Positions 23,283 to 37,100 of a stretch of 64,000 nt of DNA are shown here, piece by piece. This DNA is from Eledone cirrhosa (Eukaryota). The position numbers and the translations under genes are program-made. The notes beneath the pieces are model-generated. The model did not search any database and was not told the origin of the DNA. It saw only the letters and a program-made list of their open reading frames with translations. Position 1 is the stretch's first letter. Each line of letters begins with the position of its first letter. The DNA lies in assembly GCA_964016885.1 (NCBI GenBank), contig OZ024757.1, forward strand, positions 6,944,001 through 7,008,000. Reading direction: 5' to 3'.

Positions 23283-26045
23283 TCAAGTGTAGTTTTGGCG
23301 TATTTCGGGAAGCATGAGTGTCTTAAAGGATGCAGTGTCTCGACAGCTAACAACTGACGCAGGCAATTTGTTCCATGCTTCAGCAACTCTGAGCGTGAAA
23401 AAATGTTTACGAAAGTCATGGGAGCTGTGCTGTTTTCTGATTTTGTAGGCATGTCCACGTGTGTTAGACACATGGAGATCAAAATGGTGTTCAGGGTTGT
23501 AATTGGCAAGATGGTTAATACCTTTGTGGGTGTTTACCAAGTCCACTGCCAAACGTCGGAGCTTCAATGAATCCATGCCCAGGGAAGCAAGGCGTTCAGA
23601 GTATGGTAGGTGTCTGATGGAGGGTATGCGCTTGGTTGCACGTCTCTGAACAGTTTCCAGGAGGTCAATGTTCTGAGCAAGATAGGGGTTCCAGACTGAT
23701 GATGCGAATTCCAAGTGTGGTCGTACCATAGCTGTATACAGTTTTAAATAGATGGCTGGAGAGCGGATAACAAAGGTCTTGCTGAGTGATGCCAAGACAC
23801 CCTCGGCCTTCTTGACAATCTTAGAGACATGCTTTGTCCAACGCAAATCGTTGCTGACAGTAATGCCCAGGTCACGTTCACAAGAGGACTTCTTGATATC
23901 AGTGTTGTGGAGGGAGTATGTGGACGCTGGATTTTTCCTCCCAAAGTGCATGGTGGTACACTTGTCCACAGCCAGCTTCAGTTGCCAGTCTGTGATCCAT
24001 TGCTGCATTGTGTCCAGGTCTGATTGTAGGAAAGAGTTGTAGATTTCAGGATCAGTCCTTTTGATTTCAAGGTACAGCTTGATGTCATCTGCATATTTCA
24101 GTACCGTGGCATTCTTTAAGTTGGCATGTATGTCATTAATATATGCCACAAACAAAAGGGGACCAAGAACAGATCCCTGTGGTACACCAGATGACATCTC
24201 ATATGGTGAAGAATGCTGTCCTAGAACCGTGACTACCTCTTTTCGGCTGAGAATGAAGGATTTCAACCAGTTCTAAAGATCATCCCTCACACCCATTGCA
24301 GAGAGTTTTGCCATAAGTCTTTTGTGTGGCACAGAATTAAAAGCCTTAGCAAAGTCAAGGTAAACAACATCCACCCATGAGCCGCTGTCAGTGATCCGGG
24401 TGATGTCCTCAAGGAACTCGATAAGCTGATCACAGCAGCTGGAGTTAGGGATAAATCCAAACTGTGAGGGCCGGATGAGGCTGTGAGAGCTCCAGAAGTT
24501 CCAAAGTGTTTCTTTGACACAGGATTCCATCTGTTTGGCCATACAGCTAGTAAGACTAACTGGATGATAGTTGACAGGTGACATGCGGTTGCCCTTTTTG
24601 AACAGGGGAATGACACTGGCAGTTTTCCACTGCTCCGGAGTAGCACCATTGTTGAGACAGTATTGAAAGAAGAAAGAAAGCGGGCACAAAATGAAATACC
24701 CGCCATGTTTGAGAAGCAGGTATGTCACACCATCAAGACCAGGGGAGGCATAGTTGCGCTTATTCTTAAGGTGACGTCGCAACATTGCAGGTGTAAATTC
24801 CATAGTTGTTATGGAATTTGATGTTAGAGATGGTGGAGATGGTACATTCTGGTTTTCAACAGTAAAAATACTTGCATAGCACTCAGCAATAAGTTCTGCG
24901 CATTATTTGGGATCGTCAGTGATCTGGCTTGTGTGGGGATTGCAAAGAGGACCAACTGGAGAGTGAGGTCTCTGCTTTGAATGAACATATTTCCAGAACA
25001 CCTTATTGTCAGGATTGGTTGCTATGCACTGTTCAAATTCAAGCACTGCCTTCTTTGTCACTTGCTTGAGATGGTTAGAAGATTTATTCCGCTTTTTTCT
25101 GTTGTCATCTGATTTATGCAGTTTATATTCCCGTTCAGCGTTCCAACGTTCTTTCCTGGCAAGTCGGACCGCTGAAGTTTCCCAAATTGCACTTTTGGGG
25201 TGGTTATTTTTCCGCTTCCGTGGCACTGATGCTGCACACGCTATCCATATTGAGTCCAGGATGCTCTGGAGTATAGTGTTCACATCTCCAGAGTTATACA
25301 TCTCATGCCAGTTTGGGCACTGTAGCTCAGTGCAGTACAAGTTCCAATCCGCCCTCTTCCAATCAAAGCAAGCAGATTGGAGATGGCTCTGGTTTTTGTT
25401 GCTGCCCTCAAGTGCCAGATTGGCAATGATCATAGCATGATCAGAGTCGCCTAGAGGTTCCTCAGTAGTACAACTGATAACCACTTCAGGAGTAGTGGTG
25501 AAGATCAGGTCCAAAGTGTTGTCACCTCTTGTTGGAGAGGTGACTACTTGTGACCAGTTTGAGTCCAGCACTAGTTCAAGGAAATCGTTTGCACCTTGTG
25601 GCCAACGAAAGGTTTCCCAATCGATCTCTGGATGATTGAAGTCACCTGCAATAAACACATAAGTGGCTGTTTTCTTGGCAGCAACTCTGAGGATATTGCA
25701 AAGCTGTGTGTCCTGATGCTAGTTTGGGGGGCGATAAACAACACCAAGCAGAAGTGTTGACATGGTCATACGTATGTCACAGAAAAAAACTTCTTCCTGT
25801 GATTCGTTCAAATCAACGCAAGGAATTACCGAAAAGTTTGAACGAACGTAGACCATCACACCACCACGGCGATTAATGCGGTCCTTGCGGAAAAGGTTGT
25901 ACCCAGTAATGCTGAAAACCCCATCACAGAGTAAGGAATGTGCCCATGTTTCCGTGACTGTGATGAAGTCCGGGTCGATGCATCTGACGTAGGATTCGAA
26001 CAGATGTATCTTGTTGCATAAACTGCGAGCACTTAAGGACAACAA
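23283..26045 (-). pseudogene. CR1 ORF2 (AP endonuclease + reverse transcriptase) with three in-frame stops
   Basis: VTETW, GDFNHP, LDLIF, SDH (APE); YLDFAKAF, GVPQGSVLGPLLF, YADD (RT); TRGH...FF..RV...WNKLP CR1 C-terminus; four ORF pieces share one frame. Confidence 0.92.
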
Positions 26046-26096
26046 TTTGTACCCTGCTCGCAGTTTATGATGGTGTGTAGAGGGTGGCAGGTTGTT

Positions 26097-27397
26097 CTAG
26101 TTTAGTTTCCCAGAGTTGTAGCAGTTTTTACATTGCCAGCTGGTATCTCTCTTCCACGTTTCACCAGCCTTGACAAACCTCCAGATCTGCCCATCATCAC
26201 GCAGACTAAAACTTTCATCTTGTGCTGAGTTCCGATTCAAGGAAGCTGCAGCACGTAGCTTTGGACGTACATGGGGTGGTAGGCCTGGGCGTGTTCGGAA
26301 GGTAATCCGATTTTCACGCCCAGCTTTAGCAGAGGCCCGATGATATGAGGTTGCCTCTGCGGGGTTCGAAAAAGACAGCCTGATGAGTCTGGGTTTTGGA
26401 CCAGGTCGACCAAGACGGAGAGCACCCTTTGGGGGAACACAGCCTAGGTCTTTGGCTGAGCTGGCAGCAAATGCCGGAAGATCAGCCTTGTCCTCTGGTA
26501 CCCCAATGGCAATCACTTCATGGGTAGCAGATTCCGCAGTCTTTTCAGTCTTTTCAGCAAGAGGTACAGGGAGATTCTTTAGCATGGCATTCCGATAAGA
26601 CCCTTCATTGTGGGGTCCTACCCGAATGCCTGCCTTTATTCCTGCAACTTCCCTTCTCAGAGCAGAAATCATTAGTTGCAGTTCCGCAAAATCTGTACTG
26701 GTCGGTTGTTGCTGTTGTTGTTGCTGCTGCTGCTGCTGTCGTTGTTGGTGATGATGATGTTCCTCCACGGGAATGGCAGGGGAGGACACAGTCGCAGGTT
26801 GTTGCTGTTGTTGTTGTTGTTGTTGGTGATGATGATGTTCCTCCACGGGAATGGTAGGGGAAGACACAGTCACCAGTTGTTGGTGTCGAGATGTACTGGG
26901 AGTGGAAGACATGGGTTGTTGTTGTTTCTGATGTTCTCCCACAGGAACAGCAGTAGAAGCCAGTGTCATAGGTTTTTGCCGTTGCTCAGTAACAATGGTA
27001 GAGGAAGACACAGTCATTGGTTTTTGTTGTTGTTGTTGTTGTTTTTCAATAACATTAGTGGAGGCAGGCACACAGGCCAGACACTGAAAGGACCAGGATT
27101 TTAGCTGGACCATCTCCCATATTCCATCCATCATAGCATTATGATGTCTCTTTTTTTGGCCTGGGATCCTCCGGAAGCCTGTGGCGCATTGAAGGCAGAG
27201 ATGCGACAGGTTCCACATTCGACCCAGCGATTACGGAACGAGTTTTCGGGTTCCGCACAGATATGGCAGATGTGATTTTCTGGGCAATGTTCTATTTTGG
27301 GACATCGACCGGTTTTGTCACAAATTTCATCGATGGATATCACCATGGCAATTTTGTTATTTCTACCCATCCGTAGAAAAACACAGAATGTAAACAA
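26097..27397 (-). pseudogene. CR1 ORF1 with frameshifted N-terminal PHD-like finger, Q/H-rich repeats and RLGR-type C-terminal domain
   Basis: CHIC...WVECGTC (27131..27397 frame) joined to LQC...FQCLAC (26097..27218 frame); VIAIGVPE...LRLGR...PRLIRLSF. Confidence 0.75.
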
Positions 27398-28189
27398 TAT
27401 AGGTTTAGTGCACTTGATTACGATAGAAATAAAATGTCTGATTTTTTTGTTTTGTTTTTTTTTGTGTATTTTGTTTCCGTTTTCCTAAATGTTGTGTGTG
27501 TACAGAAGAGTCTGTGCATGTAAACAAATAAATATGCTGCGTAAGTTAAATGAAACGTACTGTAGAAGGCAACAGTTTATTAACAGCGAAATAACGTTTT
27601 TTTTTGTATTTTTTTCCCGCTGATACTGCTTCTTTATAATAAACTTTCAATAATATTTTTTTTTTCAAATTATTAACTTTCAGCTGCTAGTATATATATA
27701 TATATAATTAAAAGGTGTATGTGGGTTAGAAGCGAAGTCAATGTTAAGAAATATTTTACCAATGTAAATTGGTAAACTTGGCCGGTTTTCTCACACGAAA
27801 TAGTGTGGTTTCTTTTCACGTGTGTGTATATGCATATGGTATATATCTGTATATAAATCTGTGTGTATATTGTTGTTTATATGTTTTGTGGAGTACTTAC
27901 TGCGATCCTTAAGGGATGTAGTGATTTTTTTTTTTTTTTTTTCCTTTTTTCCACGTCCCTGTCCACACGTGGTTTGTTGGGGGAAAATCAAGTCAAATTC
28001 TATATACTTCGTTAAGATAATTCTATCTTGAAACTGGTACTAGTTGTCAGGGAACAGTCAAAGTAATTGTAATAATGAATATTGTAATCCATCTGACATG
28101 TGTTTAAAGGGCAGTTTTTGGTGAAAATATTATATTTTGTTTGGTCAAGACGTGGTCAAGCAACCTTCCTTGTCGCCATTTTGGCCGGC

Positions 28190-31100
28190 TATATTGTAGT
28201 GTGTTGTGATATATTGTAGTGTGGTGTGATATATTGTAGTGTGGTGTGGTATATTGTAGTGTGATGTGGCATATTGAAGTGTGGTGGGGTATATTGTATT
28301 GTAGTGTGATATAGTGTAGTGTGGTGTGATATATTTTAGTGTGGTGTGGTATATTTTAGTGTAGTGTAATATATTGTTGTGTGGTGTGGTATTTTGTAGT
28401 GTATTTTGATATAGTGTAGTGTAATATAGTGTACTGTGGTGTGGTATAGTGTAGTCTGGTGTGATATATCGTAGTGTGGTGTGGTATATGGTAGTATGGT
28501 GTGATATACTGTAGTGTGCTGTGATATATAGTAGTGTGATGTGATATAGTGTAGTGTGGTGTGGTATATTGTAGTGTGATGTGGTGTATTGTAGTGTGAT
28601 GTGGTATATTGAAGTGTGGTGTGTTATAGTGTAGTGTGGTGTGATATATTGTAGTGCGGTGTAGTATATTGTAGTGTAGTTTGGTATATTGTAGTGTGGT
28701 GTGGCATATTTTAGTGAGGTGTGGGATGTGGTAGTGTGATGTGATATAGTGTAGTGTCGTGTGGTATTTTGTAGTGTGTTGTGATATAGTGTAGTGTGGT
28801 GTGGAATAGTGTAGTCTGGTGTGATATATGGTAGTGGTGCGATATATTCTAGTGTGGTGTGATATACTGTAGTGTGGTGTGATATATTGTAGTGTGGTAT
28901 GGTATATTGTAGTGTGGTGTAGTATATTGTAGTGTGGTGTCGCATATTTTAGTGAGGTGTGGTATGTGGTAGTGTGTTGTGATATAGTATAGTTTGGTGT
29001 GATATATTGTAGTGTGGTGTGATATATTGTAGTGTGGTGTGGTATAGTGTAGTGTGGTGTGATATATTGTAGTGTAGTGTGATGTGATATAGTGTAGTGT
29101 GGTGTGGTATATTGTAGTGGGATGTGATATATTGTAGTGTGTTGTGATATAGTATAGTTTGGTGTGATATATTGTAGTGCGGTGTGATATAGTGTAGTGT
29201 GATGTGATATATTGTAGTGCGGTGTGATATATTGTAGTGTGGTGTGGTATAGTGTAGTGTGATGTGAAATATTGTAGTAGTTGTGATATAGTCTAATGTG
29301 GTATATTGTAGTGTGATATATTGTAGCGTGGTGTTATATATTGTAGTCTGGTGTGATATACTGAAATGTGGTGTGATATATTATAGTGTGGTGTGATATA
29401 TTGTAGTATGGTGTCGTATATTGTAGTGTGGTGTGATATATTGTAGTGTGGTGTGGTATATTGTAGGGTGGTTTGATATATTGTAATGTGGAGTGGAATA
29501 TTGTATTGTGGTGAGATATAATGTAGTGTGGTGTGATATAGTGTTGTGTGGTGTGGTATACGTAGTGTGGCGTGGCATATTGTAGTGTGGTGTGGTATAA
29601 TGTAGTGTGATGTGAAATAATGTATTGTGGTCTGCTATATTGTAGTGTGGTATATTGTAGTGTGGTGTAGTATATTGTAGTGTGGTTTGATATATTGTAT
29701 TGTGTTGTGGTATATTGTAGTGCGATGTAGTATATTTTAGTGTAGGGTAGTATATTTTAGTGTGATGCGGTGTGGTGTGGCATATTGTAATGTCGTGTGA
29801 TATATTGTAGTGTGGTATTGTATATTGTAGTGTGGTGAAGTATATTGTATTGTGGTGTGATATAGTTTAGTGTGGTGTGGTATAATGTAGTGTGGTGTGG
29901 TATATTGTAGTGTGGTGTGATATATTGTGGTGTGGTGTGGTATATTGTAGTGTGGTGTTGTATATTGTAGCGTGATGTAGCATATTGTAGTGTGGTGTGG
30001 TATATTGTAGTGTGGTGTGGTATATTGTCGTGCGATGTATTATAGTGTAGTGCAGCATGATATATTGTAGTGTGGTGTGATATCTTGTAGTGTGGTGTGG
30101 TATATTGTAGTGTGGTGTGATATAGTGTAGTGTGGTGTGGTATACTGTAATGTGGTGTGGTGGGCTATATGGTAGTGTGGTGTGACATGTTGTAGTGTGG
30201 TGTGGTATATTCTAGTGTGATGGGGTATATTGTGGGTGTGGTGTGCTATACAGTATTATGGTGTTATATAGTGTAGTGTGGTGTGGTATATTGTAGTGTG
30301 GTGTGGTATAGTGTAGTGTGGTAAATTGTAGTGTGGTGTGGTATATAGTAGTGTGGTGTTATATAGTGTAGTGTGGTGTGATATATTGTACTGTGGTGTG
30401 GTATAGTGAAGTGTGCTGCGATATTGTAGTGTGATGTGATATATTGTGGGTGTGGTGTGCTATATAGCAGTATGGTGTTATATAGTGTAGTGTGGTGTGG
30501 TATATTGTAGTGTGGTGTGGTATAGTGAAGTGTGCTGTGATATATTTTAGTGTGGTGTGGTATAGTGTAGTGTGATGTGAAATAATGTATTGTGGTCTAC
30601 TATATTATAGTGTGGTATATTGTAGTATGTTGCGATATATTGTAGTGTGGTTTGGTGTATTGTAATGTCGTGTGGTATATTGTAGTCTGATATATTGTAG
30701 TGTGGCATCTTGTAGTGTGTTCTGATATATTGTAGTGTGGTATGGTATATTGTAGTATGGTGTAGTATATTGTAGTGTGGTGTCGCATATTTTAGTGAGG
30801 TGTGGTATGTGGTAGTGTGATGTGATATAGTGTAGTGTGGTGTGGTATACTGTAGTGTGGTGTGATATAGTGTACTGTAGTGTGATATATTGTAGCGTGG
30901 TGGGATATATTGTAGTGTGGTGTGATATAGTGTAGTGTGGTGTGATAAATGGCTGTGTAGTGTGTCATGGTGTAGTGTGGTGTGATTTAGTGTAGTGTGG
31001 TGTGGTATAATGTAGTGTCGTCTGATATACTGTAGTGTGGCGGGATATCTAGTATTGTGATGTGATACAGTGTAATGTGGTGTGGTATATTGTAGTGGGA

Positions 31101-34100
31101 TGTGGTATATTGTAGTGTGTTGTGATATAGTATAGTTTGGTGTGATATATTGTAGTGCGGTGTGATATAGTGTAGTGTGATGTGATATATTGTAATGCGG
31201 TGTGATATATTGTAGTGTGGTGTGGTATAGTGTAGTATGGTGTGATATATTGTAGTGTAGTGTGATATAGTGTAGTGTGATGTGAAATATTGTAGTAGTT
31301 GTGATATAGTCTAATGTGGTATATTGTAGTGTGATATATTGTAGCCTGGTGTTATATATTGTAGTCTGGCGTGATATACTGAAATGTGGTGTGATATATT
31401 ATAGTGTGGTGTGATATATTGTAGTATGGTGTCGTATATTCTAGTGTGGTGTGATATATTGTATTGTGGTGTGGTATATTGTAGTGTGGTTTGATATATT
31501 GTAATGTGGAGTGGAATATTGTATTGTGGTGAGATATAATGTAGTGTGGTGTGATATAGTGTTGTGTGGTGTGGTATACGTAGTGTGGTGTGGTATATTG
31601 TAGTGTGGTGTGGTATAATGTAGTGTGATGTGAAATAATGTATTGTGGTGTGCTATATTGTAGTGTGGTATATTGTAGTGTAGTGTAGTATATTGTCGTG
31701 TATTATGATATATTGTATTGTGGTTTGGTATATTGTAGTGCGATGTAGTATATTTTAGTGTGGGGTAGTATATTTTAGTGTGGTGTGGTGTGGTGTGGTG
31801 TGGCATATTGTAGTGTCGTGTGATATATTGTAGTGTGGTATTGTATATTGTAGTGTGGTGTAGTATATTGTAGTGTGGTGAAGTATATTGTATTGTGGTG
31901 CGATATAGTTTAGTGTGGTGTGGTATAGTGTAGTGTGGTGTGGTATATTGTAGTGTGGGGTGATATATTGTGGTGTGGTGTGGTATATTGTAGTGTGGTG
32001 TGGTAAATTGTAGTGTGATGTGGCATATTGCAGTGTGGTGTGGTATATTGTAGGGTGGTGTGCTATATTGTCGTGCGATGTGATATAGTGTAGTTCAGCA
32101 TGATATATTGTAGTGTGGTGTGATATATTGTAGTGTGGTGTGGTATATTGTAGTGTGGTGTGATATAGTGTAGTGTGGTGTGGTATACTGTAATGTGGTG
32201 TGGTGGGCTATATGGTTGTGTGGTGTGATATATTGTAGTGTGATGTGGTATATTGTGGGTGTGGTATACTGTACCTGTTGTAGTATATTGTAGTGCGGTG
32301 TGGTATAATGTAGTGTGATGTGGTATATTGTGGGTGTGGTGTGCTATATAGTAGTATGATGTTATATAGTGTAGTGTGGCGTGGTATATTGTAGTGTGGT
32401 GTGGTATAGTGAAGTGTGATGTGATATATTTTAGTGTGATGTGATATAATGTAGAGTGATGTGATATATTGTAGTAGGTTGTGATACAGTGTAGTGTGGT
32501 ATATTGTAGTGTGGTATATAGTAGTGTGGTGTTATATAGTGTAGTGTGGTGTGATATATTGTACTGTGGTGTGGTATAGTGAAGTGTGCTGTGAAATAAT
32601 GTATTGTGGTTCTGCTATATTGTAGTGTGTTGTAGTATATTGTAGTGTGGTGTGGTATAGTGTAGTGTGGTTTGGTATATTGTAGTGTGATGTGGTATAT
32701 TGTAGTGTAGTGTAGTATATTGTAGTGTGGAGTGGTATATTGTAGTGTGGTGTGATATATCGTAGTGTGGAGTGGTATATTGTAGTGTGGTGTGATATAT
32801 TGTAGTGTGATGTGAAATAATGTATTGGGGTTCTGCTCTATTGTAGTGTGGTATATTGTAGTGTGTTGTAGTATAGCGTAGTGTGGTGCGATATATTGCA
32901 ATATGGTTTGGTATATTGTAGTGCGATGTGGTATATTGTAGTGTGGTCTAGTATATTGTAGTGTGGTGTGTTATATTGTAGTGTGGTGTGATATATTGTA
33001 GTGTGGTGTGGTATATTGTAGTGTGATATATTGTATTGTGCTATATTGTAGTGTGGTGTGATATATTGAAGTGTGGTATGGTATATTGTAGTGTGGTGTA
33101 GTATATTGTAGTGTGGTGTTATATAGTGTCGTGTGGTGTGGTATAGTGTAGTGTGTTGTAGTATATTGTAGTATGGTGTGATATATTGTTGTGTGGTGTG
33201 GTATATTGTAGTGTGGTGTGATATATTGTAGTGTGGTGTGATATATTGTAGTGTGGTGTGATATATTGTAGTGTGGTGTGGTATAGTGTAGTGTGATGTG
33301 GCACAATGCAGTGTGGTGTGGTATATTGTAGTGTGGTGTGATATAGTGTAGTGTGTTGTGATATATTTTACTATGGTGTGGTATATTGTAGTGTAGTGTA
33401 ATATTATGTAATGTGGTGTAGTATAGTGTAGTGTGGTGTGATACAGTGTAGTGTAGTGTAATATAGTGTAGTGTGGTGTGGTATAGTGTACTGTGTTGTG
33501 ATATATGGTAGTGTGATGTGCTATATTGTAGTGTGGTGTGATATACTGTAGTATGGTGTGTTATATTGTAGTGTGATATCATATACTGTAGTGTGGTGTG
33601 ATATAGTGTAGTGTGGTGTGGTATACTGTAGTGTGGTGTTATATAGTGTAGCGTGGTGTGGTATATTGTAGTGTGTTGTGATATAGTGTAGTGTAGTGTA
33701 ATATATTGTAGTGTGGTGTGGTATAATGTAGTGTGGTGTGATATATGGTCGTGTGGTGTAATATATTGTAGTGTGGTGTGGTATATTGTAGTGTGATGTG
33801 GTATATTGTAGTTTGATGTTGTATATTGTAGTGTGGTGTGATAGAGTCTAGTGTGTTGTGATATGTTGTAGTGTGGCGAGATATCTTGTAGTGTGGTGTG
33901 TTATAGTGTAGTGTGGTGTGAAATAATGTATTGTGGTACTGCTATATTATAGTGTGTTGCAGTATATTGTAGTGTCGTGTGGTATAGTGTAGTGTGGAGT
34001 GGAATATTGTAGTGTGATGTGATATATTGTAGTGTGGTGAGGTATATTGTAGTGTAGTGTGATATATTGTAGTGTGATGTGATATATTGTAGTGTGGTGT

Positions 34101-37100
34101 GGTATACTGTAATGTGGTGTGGTATATTATAGGGTGGTGTGATATATTGTGATTTGGTGTAGTATTTTGTAGTTTGATGTGGTATATTGTAGTGTGGTGT
34201 GGTATATTGTAGTGTGGTGTGATATATTGTAGTGTGGTGTGATATATTGTATTGTGGTTTGGTACACTGTAGTGGAGTGTGGTATATTGTAGTGTTGTGT
34301 GGTATAGTGTAGTGCGATGTGAAATAATGCATTGGGGTTCTGCTATATTGTAGTGTGTTGTAGTATATTGTAGTGTGGTGCGATATATTGTAGTGTGGTG
34401 TGATATAGTGTTGTGTGGTGTGGTATATTGTAGTGTGGTGTGGTATATCGTAGTGTAGTGTGATATATTGTAGTGTGGTGTGGTATATTTTAGTGTGATA
34501 TATTGTATTGTGCTATATTGTAGTGTGGTGTGATATATTGAAGTGTGGTATGCTATATTGTAGTGTGGTGTAGTATATTGTAGTGTGGTGTAGTATATTG
34601 TAGTGTGGTGTTATATAGTGTCGTGTGGTTTGGTATAGTGTAGTGTGTTGTGGTATATTGTAGTGTGGTGTGATATAGTGTTGTGTGGTGTGGTATATTA
34701 TAGTGTGGTGTGGTATATTGTAGTGTGTTGTGATATATTGTAGTGTGGTGTGATATATTGTAGTGTGGTGTGGTATATTGCAGTGTGATGTGGCATAATG
34801 CAGTGTGGTGTGGTATATTGTAGTGGGGTTTGGTGTATTGCAGTGTGCTATGATATAGTGTGGTGCGGTGTGATATATTGTAGTGTGGTGTGGTATATTG
34901 TAGTGTGATGTGGTATATTGTAGTTTGATGTTGTATATTGTAGTGTGGTGTGATAGAGTGTAGTGTGTTGTGATATATTGTAGTGTGGCGAGATATCTTG
35001 TAGTGTGGTGTGTTATAGTGTAGTGTGGTGTGATATATTGTAGTGTGGTGTGGTATATTGCAGTGTGATGTGGCATAATGCAGTGTGGTGTGGTATATTG
35101 TAGTGGGGTTTGGTGTATTGTAGTGTGCTATGATATAGTGTGGTGCGGTGTGATATATTGTAGTGTGCTTTGATATAGTGTGGTGCGGTGTGATATATTG
35201 TAGTGTGGTGTGGTATATTGTAGCGTGATGTGGTATATTGTAGTTTGATGTTGTATATTGTAGTGTGGTGTGATAGAGTGTAGTGTGTTGTGATATATTG
35301 TAGTGTGGCGAGATATCTTGTAGTGTGATGTGTTATAGTGTAGTGTGGTGTGATATATTGGAGTGTGGTGTGGTATACTGTGGTGGGATGTACTGTAATG
35401 TGGTGTGGTATAGTCTAGTGTGGTATATTGTAGTTTTGTGTGGCATATTATAGAGAGGTGTGTGTGGTATATTATAGTGTGGTGTGATATAGTGTAGCGT
35501 GTTGTGATATATTTTACTGTGGTGTGGTATACTGTAGTGTAGTGTAATATAGTATAGTGTGGTGTGGTATATTGTAGGGTGGTGTGCTATATTGTCGTGC
35601 GATGTGATATAGTGTAGTTCAGCGTGATATATTGTAGTGTGGTGTGATATATTGTAGTGTGGTGTGGTATATTGTAGTGTGGTGTGGTATAGTGTAGTGT
35701 GGTTTGGTATATTGTAGTGTGATGTGGTATATTGTAGTGTAGTGTAGTATATTGTAGTGTGGAGTGGTATATTGTAGTGTGGTGTAGTATATTGTAGTGT
35801 GGTGTACTATATTGTAGTGTGGTGTTATATAGTGTCGTGTGGTTTGGTATAGTGTAGTGTGTTGTGGTATATTGTAGTGTGGTGTGATATAGTGTTGTGT
35901 GGTGTGGTATATTATAGTGTGGTTTGGTATATTGTAGTGTGTTGTGATATATTGTAGTGTGGTGTGATATATTGTAGTGTGGTGTGGTATATTGCAATGT
36001 GATGTGGCATAATGCAGTGTGGTGTGGTATATTGTAGTGGGGTTTGGTGTATTGTAGTGTGCTATGATATAGTGTGGTGCGGTGTGATATATTGTAGTGT
36101 GCTATGATATAGTGTGGTGCGGTGTGATATATTGTAGTGTGGTGTGGTATATTGTAGTGTGATGTGGTATATTGTAGTTTGATGTTGTATATTGTAGTGT
36201 GGTGTGATAGAGTGTAGTGTGTTGTGATATATTGTAGTGTGGCGAGATATCTTGTAGTGTGGTGTGTTATAGTGTAGTGTGGTGTGATATATTGTAGTGT
36301 GGTGTGGTATATTGCAGTGTGATGTGGCATAATACAGTGTGGTGTGGTATATTGTAGTGGGGTTTGGTGTATTGTAGTGTGCTATGATATAGTGTGGTGC
36401 GGTGTGATATATTGTAGTGTGCTATGATATAGTGTGGTGCGGTGTGATATATTGTAGTGTGGTGTGGTATATTGTAGCGTGATGTGGTATATTGTAGTTT
36501 GATGTTGTATATTGTAGTGTGGTGTGATAGAGTGTAGTGTGTTGTGATATATTGTAGTGTGGCGAGATATCTTGTAGTGTGGTGTGTTATAGTGTAGTGT
36601 GGTGTGATATATTGTAGTGTGATGTGGTATACTGTGGTGGGATGTACTGTAATGTGGTGTGGTATAGTCTAGTGTGGTATATTGTAGTGTTGTGTGGCAT
36701 ATTATAGAGAGGTGTGGTATATGGTAGTGTGATGTGATATAGTGTAGTTTGGTGTGGTATATTGTAGTGTGGTGTGATATAGTGTAGCGTGTTGTGATAT
36801 ATTTTACTGTGGTGTGGTATACTGTAGTGTAGTGTAATATAGTATAGTGTGGTGTGGTATATTGTAGTGTGTTGTGATACAGTGTAGTGTAGTGTAATAT
36901 AGTCTAGTATGGTGTGGTATAGTGTAATGTGGTGTGATATATGGTAGTGTGATGTGCTATATTGTAGTGTGGTGTGATATACTGTAGTGTGGTGTGATAT
37001 ATAGTAGTGTCATGTGATATAGTGTAGTGTGGTGTGGTATACTGTAGTGTGTTGTGATACAGTGTAGTGTAGTGTAATATAGTGTAGTGTTGTGTGGTAT

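Larger units (their letters stand above)
23122..27690 (-). mobile_element. Near full-length CR1-clade LINE
   Basis: ORF1 + ORF2 (APE, RT), (ATT)n tail at 23122-23147, (TA)n on both flanks; 5' boundary approximate. Confidence 0.88.
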
